NCBI RefSeq assembly: GCF_006345805.1
Contig: NC_042998.1
Span: forward strand, 125,426,001-125,490,000
Direction: 5' to 3'
DNA: 64,000 bases
Origin: Octopus sinensis
Lineage: Eukaryota
The notes below the pieces were generated by a model that saw nothing but the letters and a program-made list of their open reading frames with translations, made no database searches and was not told the origin of the DNA. Position numbers and translations under genes: made by a program. This document shows positions 27,128 to 37,700 of this stretch, piece by piece (position 1 is the stretch's first letter; each line of letters starts with the position of its first letter).

Positions 27128-27890
27128 TGTGTACAGTGCTCAGGTGCACTACAACTCATCTAAAGTGTATATATAATCAGGTGTAGTTTCGGCGGATTTC
27201 GGAAAGCATGAGGGCCTTAAAAGATGCAGTGTCATGGCAGTCAACAACTGACGCAGGCAGTTTATTCCATGCTTCAGCAACTCTGAGCGTGAAAAAATGT
27301 TTCCGAAAGTCATGGGAGCTGTATTGTTTTCTGACTTTGTAGGCATGTCCACGTGTGTTAGACACATGGAGATCAAAAAGGTGTTCAGTGTTGTTGTTGG
27401 TGAGGTGGTTGATAACTTTGTGGGTGTTTACCAAGTCCGTCGCCAAACGCCGGAGCTTCAGTGAATCCATGCCCAGGGAAACAAGGCGCTCAGAATATGG
27501 TAGGTGTCTGATGGAGGGTATGCGTTTGGTTGCACGTCTCTGGACAGATTCCAGGAGGTCAATCTTCTGTGCAAGATAGGGGTTCCAAACTGATGATGCG
27601 AATTCCAAGTGTGGTCGTACCATAGCTGTATACAGTTTTAAATAGATGGCTGGAGAGCGGCTAACAAAAGACCTGCTGAGTGATGCCAAGACACCCTCGG
27701 CCTTCCTGACAATCTTAGAGATATGCTTTGACCAATGCAAATCACTGCTGACAGTGATGCCTAGGTCACGCTCGCAAGAGGATTTCTTGATATCAGTGTT
27801 GTGGAGGGAGTATGTGAACGCAGGGTTTTTTCTCCCAAAATGCATGTAATTGGGTGTTGCTCGCATATTACATACTGACACATCAAATAA
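27095..27890 (-). mobile_element. 3' fragment of a CR1-like LINE with (ATT)n tail
   Basis: ORF 27177..27881 has ERDLGITV, LYTAMVRPHLEFASSVWNP, LESVQRRATK and FFTLRVAEAWNKLP, followed by the (aat)n array at about 27095-27128. Confidence 0.92.
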
Positions 27891-28201
27891 TTTTTTTCAA
27901 GATTTCAAATTTCCTCTTGTGGATATATATATATGATGTGTGTCGGTATGTATAGGTGCACGCTGATATTTTTTTTTTTTACATTAAATTCTGATATAAT
28001 CGTAATCTACACCATTCGAAAGGTATTTATAGAAAATTTCAGCGAAGCGCTATCAAAAAGCCGTACACATGTACTCGAGTTTGAGTAACATGCCCATTGT
28101 AGTTAGTATATTTGCTTTATTGTCACTGCACCTCTGCTGCTTGAATAGATCAGGTGGCTTCAGTGTAGGACAAAAAAAAAAAAGAAGAAAACAAGCAATG
28201 G

Positions 28202-28601
28202 ATCTTTTCGGTTTGAACGGCAGTTTTTCTAGCGGTGTCATATGAAATTGTCACCCATAATTATGACCCTAGTATCGATCTATTGCATTTCAGTCTGTTT
28301 TAGGGTTAGGGGGAAGGGTATCTTTTTTTCTTCAGAAATGTAAATAAACCCAATTTGTTTCTTAAGCGAGGGACATATCCATACGGCACAGAATGTTTTC
28401 ACCTCAATAGACGTCATTGATTGGTTGAAATTGCAGAAATTGAAGAAAAACAACAACAAATATCTTACAAACAATAGAATTTTCTCAATAAAGCCAAGAG
28501 AAAAAGATGTTTTATAAACACATTCTACCAGTATACGAAGTTTAAAAGTGTTTAGTTACGTGGAAATTATTTTTAAAAACTGCCGTTCAAACCGAAAAGA
28601 T
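28202..28601. mobile_element. MITE with 27-bp TIR and central TTAGGG
   Basis: ATCTTTTCGGTTTGAACGGCAGTTTTT / AAAAACTGCCGTTCAAACCGAAAAGAT; shares internal acacattctaccagtatacgaagtt with the 31054 element. Confidence 0.8.
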
Positions 28602-28649
28602 ACCGAGCAATTTTTATCCTTATTATTTGGAGTTTATGAACACTTTTCT

Positions 28650-28878
28650 GGTACTATTTAAGAATAGTGGTCCCGGTGCGCGCACTCGCGCATTTGCGCT
28701 AGCTAGTCGTGACTAGTCGATCCTACAACGACTACCTAGCAAAGTAAATAAAACATAAAATAAATAATTTTTTTACACAAAGTAAATAATTTTTTAAACA
28801 AAGTAAATAAAACACAAAGTAAGGAACGACTAGCTTACGCGAGTGCGCGCACCGGGACCACTCTTCTTAAATAGTACC
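28650..28878. mobile_element. Merlin-like MITE, copy B (same family, opposite orientation, 9-bp TSD cacttttct)
   Basis: Same TIR; internal AT-rich part is the reverse complement of copy A; TSD at 28641-28649 and 28879-28887. Confidence 0.85.
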
Positions 28879-29158
28879 CACTTTTCTAAGATATACACTA
28901 TTACATTAATTATATAATAATCCCAATCACAAAAATAAGCAGAATAAACATAATAAAAAGAACACTGTATCTTCGAAAAATTTAAACAAACATAATATTG
29001 GAAACGTCATTAAATGTTGAAGTTTATTTTAAGTTCGTTGCTGTACCCTATGCCATTCAGAAATTCCTCCATGGTCTTTGTCTCATTCACATAGCCCAGG
29101 GCGGGATTTTATCCGGACCCCAGATGTTCTTCGCCCCCTCGTATTTTAGAGCACGTAC

Positions 29159-29240
29159 CTTAGCTCTGACAACACTGCTTTGCGCTTTAAGTTAAAAAAT
29201 TAGTCAAGTGTCAATTTTTCCTCAAGCTGCGATACATTTC
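29159..29240 (-). other. DCLRE1A: Probable non-coding first exon of DCLRE1A (5' boundary approximate)
   Basis: Strong donor AAG|gtacgt at 29159/29158 in a CpG-enriched patch, and an acceptor gttccttag|G at 26949/26948, 30 nt upstream of the ATG. Joining the two is an inference. Confidence 0.5.
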
Positions 29241-31053
29241 CTAAGTGCCTCTTCTCAGTTTATACCTAAGGTCGCTCTCTAATCTATTTTCTCAATACTA
29301 CACCTTGTTGATTCTACTCCAATTGCCCTTTTTCTGTCATACTACTGTTTTTGTTGATGATTGTACCATACAATGCTCAATTAGTTTGCTTCTCTGTAAG
29401 CTTGGCAAGCTGGGAGTGATGCATTCAGCTCAGGTCCCTACTTACTGAACATATAGGCTGACAACACAGTTAACAGATTTGTGATCGGTGCAGCTGATTA
29501 TTTTAAATTGTGAACAACCTATACCATCCCTATCTAATGGCCTACAGAATATTGTATCTAGATATGATATGGATGACCAGATGTGGTTTGTCTATGTCCA
29601 TGCTGGCACATTTAGAAAATCCATCCAGTTGGTACTTATCAGACAGCTAGAAATGTCTGAGCAGGTTTATGAAGCTTTTGCACACATCCCCTATTGGCTA
29701 GACCCATTCACCCCAAGTGTGCATCCAAGATACCAGTCTTATCACCCTCTAACACTAGGAAGCATAACATTCCAGTGAAACACTCTAGATGCCTAAAGAA
29801 ATCAGGCTGCCTGACCCCTGCTGGATCATAGATGGCTACTAGTTCAAACTTTCTTACAAATTTATCTTCTGCATCTTAGAAGATGGTCCATATTGTGAGA
29901 TCCAAATCTTTCCAAAACACAGCAACTCCTCCTACCATCCCAGGTAGACCCTCATAGCTACCAAAAATCAGCATATGGACTTATAGATCAGAAATTATGA
30001 TCTCACTGATGACCACTACATCTGTGTTTAGTGATGTGAGGTCATTAAGCAGGTGGTCCTCCTTCAAGGCAATACCAGGTCACATGTATGTATGCAGCCA
30101 ATTCTGAGAAAGACTATGTTTGATAGAAAGAGGGAAGTGAGAAAGACAAGTATGGTTAGGTGTGGGTGTTTCCACAAGTCCTTCTTTATAAACTTTTTAT
30201 TGATATTTCCTCTGAAGTCTCCTATTCCATCAGGATATTTGTTTTTGATAGCATTGTATATGTTTTATGCCATTTGGATCCTTTTTTGTGTGTATTGGTG
30301 TGATGAAATCACTCTAGGTAATGTCTATGTATTGTTGTATGTGCATCATTAATTGTTTGTTGTTTGTATTTATGGTAGTAAAGTTTATGATGTGTCTTTG
30401 CTCTTGTACTTGGTTTAAGTGTGGAATGGGATTGGCTGGTGTTTGTGATATTGGTTATGTCTGTGCTTTGAGAGACTAATGGTGATGATGGTGTTAAGAG
30501 TATGGGTGTTGGTGCATTATTGTTGGGAAGTGTCTCTTCCATCAGTGTGAGCCTTCCAGCTTTTTTCTTTTTTTGTCAGTATATTACTTTCTCTTTTCCT
30601 TTATTCTTGTTTGTTACTTTGTGCTATTTGTTGTATTCTCTGTCACCGCCACCATTGAATGGTCTGAGTTGGGAAGAAGAATGTCTTGGAGGTCATTGTC
30701 TTTTTGTTTTGTTCTTACTGTTTGCAGACTTCCTGTAAAAACAAAAGCCAATACTTGATGAAGCCAGAAATGATTAAAGTCATGTGAAGGGATATTGGTT
30801 AAGAAATTAATACACCTCAAAAGGAAATTTAGAAACAAATTTCACAAATAAATTGCTAAAGATTAAGGGTGAAGGAACTATGAAATTTAGGAGGAAAAAA
30901 CTAAAATTAAAAGAAAATATAGGAATGAGGAAATAAAAGAGTGAGACCCTCCAAACAACTGGGTAATCCATCCCCAAATATTGGGCATGATACCTTACGG
31001 TTAAAGATAATTAAAGAAAGTTTGTGTAAGAGTTTGAATTAGAAACTTATGGG

Positions 31054-31483
31054 GATCTTTACCTTTTGACCAGCAGATTTAGAAAATAATTTTTTGTAAC
31101 TAAACACCTTCAAACTTCATATACTGGAAGAACGTGTCATATAAAACATCTTTTACTTATAGCATTTTTGAGAAAAGTTTATGTTTACAAAGTTATTTCG
31201 TGTTAAAGTTCTTGTATTTCGGTAATTTCAACCAATCAATGACGTGTATTCAGCTGAATAAAATTACTGCTGTTGTTTGTCAATAACAACTATCGGTGGT
31301 GTATATTTCATTTGTCACTGTTATTTATGACATTGTTCGTGCGTTTGTACTGGTTTTAGCTTTAAGGTTTTAGGGTTAGGGTTAGGGTTTGGGTTATATG
31401 ACACATTCTACCAGTATACGAAGTTTGAAAGTGTTTAGTTACAAAAAATTATTTTTAAATCTGCTGGTCAAAAGGTAAAGATC
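31054..31483. mobile_element. Related MITE with long TIR and central (TTAGGG)n
   Basis: GATCTTTACCTTTTGACCAGCAGATTT / AAATCTGCTGGTCAAAAGGTAAAGATC. Confidence 0.8.
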
Positions 31484-32526
31484 TCATGGTTATTCAACCT
31501 GAGGGAAGTGCAGGAGAAGGAGAAAGAGAGTGGGAGACATCAGGATAGAAATGGTGGCAAAGTGTTGGGCTCACAAGGGACAGGGATAAGAATATAAATG
31601 GAATGGTTGAGTAAAGTCAGAGAGATATAGATGGTGGCAAGTACTTGAGGTTTGAAGATTATGATATAAGTGGCAGGATATTGTCAAAGAAGTGATTAGA
31701 GAGTGATGAAAACCTGGGTATATAGAGTTGGGGTGGATACTGGATAGCAATAATACAGAGAAACAGGGCTGTGAGGTCAGGAGAGGTAGGCATAGTGCAT
31801 GAAGGTGACATGAAGAAGAGAAGAAATGTAGAGATGTAGATTGGTTTGTCAGTGTAGGATATGTGAAAAGTTTTCTTATTGGGGGTTAGTGGATAACAAT
31901 GATACAGTGAGACAGGATTGGGGAGTGGGAGGTAAGCATAATGCATGAAGTGGAAATGTGAGGAAGAGAAGTTATATAGAGATGTAGTTTGGTTTGTTGT
32001 GGTAGAGTATGTGAGAAGTTCTCTTGTTATGTGTGGATATAACACACAACACTTCTAGAACTCAGCTTTGCTGACGTGGGTGGGTCTTTTCAAGAACCTC
32101 ATATCACCAGACATCTTGGCTCATTGTTATTTCCTCTGTGAGGCCCAACATCCTGAGATTGGTCCTTACCACTTCATCCCATGTCTTCCTGGGTCTCCCT
32201 CTTCCACAGGCACCATCCACTGTCAGTGATCGGCAGTTCTTTATGCAGCTGTACTCCTTCATATGCATCACATATCCAAACCAACAGTCTTCTTTTGTGC
32301 ATGCTACATTTGATTCCTCTTATGCCCAACTTTTCTCTCAATACATTTTCATTTTATTGTACATCCAACAGTGCATACTACCTTCAATTCTCTCCAGTCT
32401 ACAAGTCTTCTGCATTCAGAGCTCATGTCTCGCTACCATAGAGTATTGCCATTCGCACACAAGCATCATACAGTTTGCCTTTCACTCTGCCAGAGAAATT
32501 TGTTCATTGCTAGATTTACATGGATA

Positions 32527-33090
32527 CTTAAATAGGACAGGTTATTGCCCCGAAGACTGGTTCAGTCAGCAAATCGTATGGAACTAAAGGGCAAATGGGG
32601 AATCTCTACCCTTAGGTTGGTTCTGGTCTATTAATACTTTTTACAGCCTTCATCAACAAATGGGTAATTCCATGCCTGCAGTAGGTAGTGTTTGAAATGG
32701 AGGCAGGAGCTATAGATCTCATGTCTTGAGTTTAAGAGATACCTCGGGTCCAGCAAGTCTTTAAGGATCTTTGCCCACTCTGCTATGCATTGCAAAGCTT
32801 GCATCGTTCGCATCCTTTTATACAGGACCTCGGCTGCTCTTAATGGAGGTTCATAGAGCAGCTGGGGTTCAATATAAACTGGAACAGATGATGCAAGTTT
32901 TACAATAGTCCCTGCTGCCATTTTAAACACTACCTGTTGCATGCATGGAATTCCCTGTTTGTCAATTAAGGCTGTAAAAAGTATTTGCAGACCAAAACCA
33001 GCTTAAGGGTAGAGATTTCCTGTTCACCCTTTAAGTCCATAAGATTTGCTGACTGGGCAAGTCTTAGGGCAATAACTTGTCCTATTTAAG
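32527..33090. mobile_element. Foldback element with long (roughly 180-bp) imperfect TIRs
   Basis: CTTAAATAGGACAGGTTATTGCCC...CAGTCAGCAAATC is mirrored by GATTTGCTGACTG...GGGCAATAACTTGTCCTATTTAAG. Confidence 0.8.
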
Positions 33091-34249
33091 GCTCTAACAG
33101 TGTATATTATTCATTTGTTTACAAATTAACTGACTGTCATGGTTTTTTCCTTCCAGTTTGAAGAAAGATTATATGCCCCTGGCCATTGAAGTCTGACAAG
33201 TTGTCTATAAAGCTAAACGCTTTAGGGATGTGAAACCATTGATCACTCTATGACCGGACATATATTTGATTTCATGCTACCGATATATGAAGTCCCTAGT
33301 CATACTTTAAAGGCATGAAACTAGGTATTAGTATTTTTCGGTCAATAACTGATGAAGTATTAGGGTTCTGGTGTCTGTTTTATGTCTACATTTTGTAGTA
33401 TTTAATGCATTTTTAATTTATGGAATAACTGAATGCCACACATCCTGACTTTTGTTAACAGTAAGTTTGTATACATTTTTTGCGACTCTTTCCTTCTTTT
33501 TCTCTCATCCTCATTTCTAGCAACTCTACTTCTTCTCTTTTGTCTTCTTACACTTAATTGTAGACTTTCTCCCTTCTTTCCCCTGTTCTCTCTCTCTCTC
33601 TATGCCACTCTTTCTTCCTCCTTCCCTTCTATCTGCTACCTACATGTGATCACTGACTGTTTTTCTATCTTCTGCCTTCTTGCTGCTGAATGCCTAGCAT
33701 GCTGGTCAATCTTTTTTCTCTTCTCAATTCTGTTCTTGTTTTTCTCTTCCCAATTCTTTTCTTTATATCCATTTGAGGATTTCTCCCAGGCATTAATCCA
33801 TCATTCTTGTGTTTGGCCCCAAGGCTATATTTATTTATTGTCTCCATCTATTGTTTCAAATTACAGTTGTTTACTTTTGTACATCCACCCTGTATTATTT
33901 TGTTTGCTTGAGTCCTAATACTCCTCAAAGTTCCTAGTCTTATTGTTAAAGGCATGAAACTAGGTATTAGTAGTTTTCAGTCAATAACTGATGAAGTATT
34001 AGGGTTCTGGTGTCTGTCCTACATGTATATTTTGAAGTATTTAATGCATTTTTCATTTATATATATATATATATATATAACAGGATTCTTTCAATTTGCA
34101 CCTACCAAATTCACTCACGTGGCTGTGCGGTGGGACTAAGCCCAGAACTATGTGTTTGAGAAGTAAATTTCTTACCACACTCCCACACTATTATCGATTT
34201 TTCTTTTAAAATAGGACAGTATGAACTTTTAAAGATGCCTACCCCTTCA

Positions 34250-34560
34250 AAAACTTCCAAGACAGGCAGGCAACAACTTTACAGCACATTTTTTCATGTC
34301 ATCATTGTCCATTGATGTGGAAGTCCTCCACATTAGGAATTGGCTTAGATGGATGTTAATTATAATTTGAAATGTTAATTACTATTCATGACATTCAATA
34401 AGGCTTAAATAATCCTCCTTATGGGCTTGTTGCAACATTAGAAGAGTTTTCATTAAAGTTTGAAACAGAATTTCACACAAACATATTGGTCTTTCAAATC
34501 ATCCGTTGTTTAACTTGCAACAAGTCACCAAGTATGCCAAGCAGAAATACACTCTAGCAT
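34250..34560 (-). mobile_element. Decayed mariner transposase N-terminal remnant
   Basis: DDLKDQYVCVKFCFKL resembles the mariner start (EQRxCIKFCFKLG). Confidence 0.35.
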
Positions 34561-35481
34561 ATATAAACCAATGATTAAATGATATGGTGTGGTGTAGCTA
34601 TAATTAGATTGAAAGTCAAGGTCATGCATATTTAACACTGCAGTTATCAGTAGTTAGCTTAGTGGTTGTAAACTTATAACAAAAAAAAAAGAAGAAAAAG
34701 ATTTGCTAATAGATTTTATCACATGACAAGAGCATTAGAATAAGTAATACTTTTGTTTCATTGAAATTCAAGAAAGCGTTAAGTAAAGAAGTAAAACTAT
34801 TGAAATAAAAGAAACATTTAACAAATCAAAATACATATATTAGTTTTTACTGCTTTTATTTCTATATACAACAAATCACAGGCAGGAAATTATACAATCA
34901 AACAATCTCTGTCGGTACAATGTTAACATTTCCATAATCGAGATGTCCGTGCGATCCTCTTGTATATGTTCTTCATTCCTGACAAACTGTTTAATAATAA
35001 AATTAATTTCAAAATGGCTGTAAGAAAATAATAATACAAGTGTTTTCTGAAATGATGAAATGAGAGAAACTGAACTGGATAGTGCCTGTGAGTTGTCTAG
35101 GTTATTTGTGAATTGAGTGAAAGACCAAAATAAAAATAGTGATGTATGTATATATATATATATATTACACAGTGAGTGAGAGATAGAGAGAGACGGGATT
35201 GCTTACTGTAAAAAAAAACTTATTAAAATTTAACAGAGGAAAAATCTTTATCCAACAGTTTCTTTGAGAGAAATTTAAAGAATAGAGAGTTAACCTTTCC
35301 CTTTTCATTTTGTAACAAATTTCTTTTAAAAGAAGAAATTTTTTTTATTTTTGAAAGTAGTAACTTAATGTCTTTAACAATTATATTGATAAATATATAT
35401 ATGTCTGTGTACATACATACTAGCATGCATGCATACAGACAGACAGACAAATCAAAGCAGAGGGTGAGAAATTGAGGTTAA

Positions 35482-35699
35482 CCCTTTAGCATTCAAATTA
35501 TTCTGTTAGATGTAATGCTTATTTAAACAATTGTTTTGAATTAATCATGCATTATTTTGTAGCTTTGAGCTTTTTATGGTGGAATAATTTATTTTTAGAT
35601 TAACATTGTAGGATAGGTGTGAGGGGCCAGATCTGGCCAGTTCCAATAGAAAGCAGGTAGGATATTTTAGCCAGTATGGCCAGTTTAAACACTAAAGGG
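35482..35699. mobile_element. piggyBac-type MITE
   Basis: TTAA|CCCTTTAG ... CTAAAGGG|TTAA; a partial relative starts near 7912. Confidence 0.8.
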
Positions 35700-37099
35700 T
35701 TAAAGACTGTGATAGAATGCTGTCACAGCATCGCTGCTTATTTTCAAGAAATTACATGTTTATCAGAGGAAATGAGGAAAAAACAGTGCTAGTGAGTTAC
35801 CTAGGTTATGTGTATATTGTGTGAGAGATTAATGTAAAAACAGTAAAAGATAGACAGTCAGATAAATACATGGCATTTCTTATTGTAAAGAAAGTAACTT
35901 ATTAAAATTTAACAGAAAAACAGGTATTCATTTGTAAGTTTTCTAAAGAGAAATTTAAAGAATGAAGATTCGTCATTTTCTTTTCGTTTTGTGATAAACT
36001 TCTTTTTTTTCATAAATGGTAGTTTAGTGATTTTAATGATTGCGTGTGTGTGTTCATGTGTACATACATACAGAGAAAGGAGAAAGTGAGTTGCAAACTA
36101 AACTGGGAGTTATATTACAGACAGATTTCGCAATAATTATAATAATGATTATACTTTGTTACTCCATTTTCAATGACCAGTGATATGGAAGTATAAATTG
36201 TTGTTTAATTGGAACAACATCAACAAAAAAGTAGAATAACTTAAATTTGTGAAGAAACATTAATATATGTTGGTAGTGATGGAGGCTGGAAAGTACATGT
36301 GTGTGTGTGTGTACACATTTAGGTTACTCATCCAATGTGACATTGCAAAGTTTACATCCAGTTACCTTTCCACCTCTTTGATATCTACTAATTCCTCCAA
36401 CCACTTATCTTGCTATCATTAATCTCTCTACTCCTTCTTCCATTCTCTTTACTTATCCACGCTTCGAGTCACTGTAATATGCTGCTGATGTTAGTACAGT
36501 TGGCAATACCTGGTATTCTCTATCATCAACCTTTCTGTACTGCCTGTCTTATCTCTTTCCTTCCTGAACCACTTGTTATTGGCACTCATCACTTAAATTT
36601 ACTATTGTCCATCTCTATTATTATTACTCACTCTCTACCACCTTTTTGCCATAATCACTTAGTTTATACTATCATACTTTTGCTGTATCCATTCACCCAC
36701 CCTGGTCTTCTATTCACTCTCTTGATCATATATTTTGAGTGAACAAATAATATACTCTAGAGCATGAGGACTCTTTAGTTTAATGCAACCTCACTTGTGC
36801 TGATGCAATGATAAAATATACCCAGTACAAACTGAAAAGTGGTTGGTAATAGGAAGGGTATCTAGCCATAGAAAATAAACCAAGACATGGTCTTCTGATC
36901 CAACTAGAAAGGCAGTAACTCCAGATAAATGACTCAGACTGTGACAAGATAGTGACAATAATGTAAGTATTCATGTTTAAATCGTATTTGTGTGTATGTG
37001 TGCACGCTTGCAAACCCTCTGTGTATTAGCTCATAACCAAACTAAATCCTTTAATCCACCAATCAGACATAGAGTTATTGAAGAAGAAACAAAAGGTTA

Positions 37100-37700
37100 C
37101 TAAATTTAGAATCCAGTTCTCCTTGCTTGATTATTTGAAAAGTATATATTTTCTGATCTTTGAAATATCCTCAATAAGGCTGCAGATGAATATTTTTTCT
37201 TTAAGACTACCAATATACAAGTAGGATAGAATCCTAAGCATGCTTGAAATCAACAGTATCATTTTGATTTACAATATAATCGTTTGGAAGTACAAATACT
37301 AGAAAATGTACAAACTTGAGAATCTGGGAAAACAGCAGAAATAACATCAATTTGTCATTTTGGTTATATAATTGAATGCAAAATGATAAAACTCGATCCT
37401 ATTTGATTAAAGCTACTTAAGGACCATCTACTTCAAGTCATTAGGCCTCAATTTCAACGAGTTTTGAGATTCTTTGAATACAAGACTTAACGTGTGGTTA
37501 ATAACTGAAATAGAATAAAACTCCAAGAAAACTATCTTTTTTAAAAAAAATCAGCTTTCATTAATAACCAATGCCAGAGAAGCTACAGCAACTTAGAAAC
37601 AGATGCATTTGGTATAGCAATTAGGATACAAATATTTTGAGATGACTATCCAGTTATCTTGTTTTTTAAGTCACTCAGAATATAACCATCTTTTACTGAA
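37100..37700 (+). mobile_element. Decayed Gypsy-type RT/RNase H remnant
   Basis: ETDAFGIAI...DDYPV...FFKSL resembles the RNase H ETDASxxAIG motif. Confidence 0.4.

Noticed and set aside
26276-28878. Composite or Pack-type transposon carrying DCLRE1A exon 1 between two MITEs
   Set aside because: Each MITE has its own distinct TSD, so they are independent insertions.
33433-33918. 161-aa hydrophobic ORF; likewise 10221..10998, 30502..30758 and 36410..36742
   Set aside because: Artefacts of pyrimidine-rich low-complexity or antisense-LINE sequence, with no domain motifs or splice support.
36400-36740. Possible Merlin transposase remnant (IIEMDNSKF on the minus strand)
   Set aside because: A single weak motif; neighbouring residues fit a decayed LINE endonuclease equally well.
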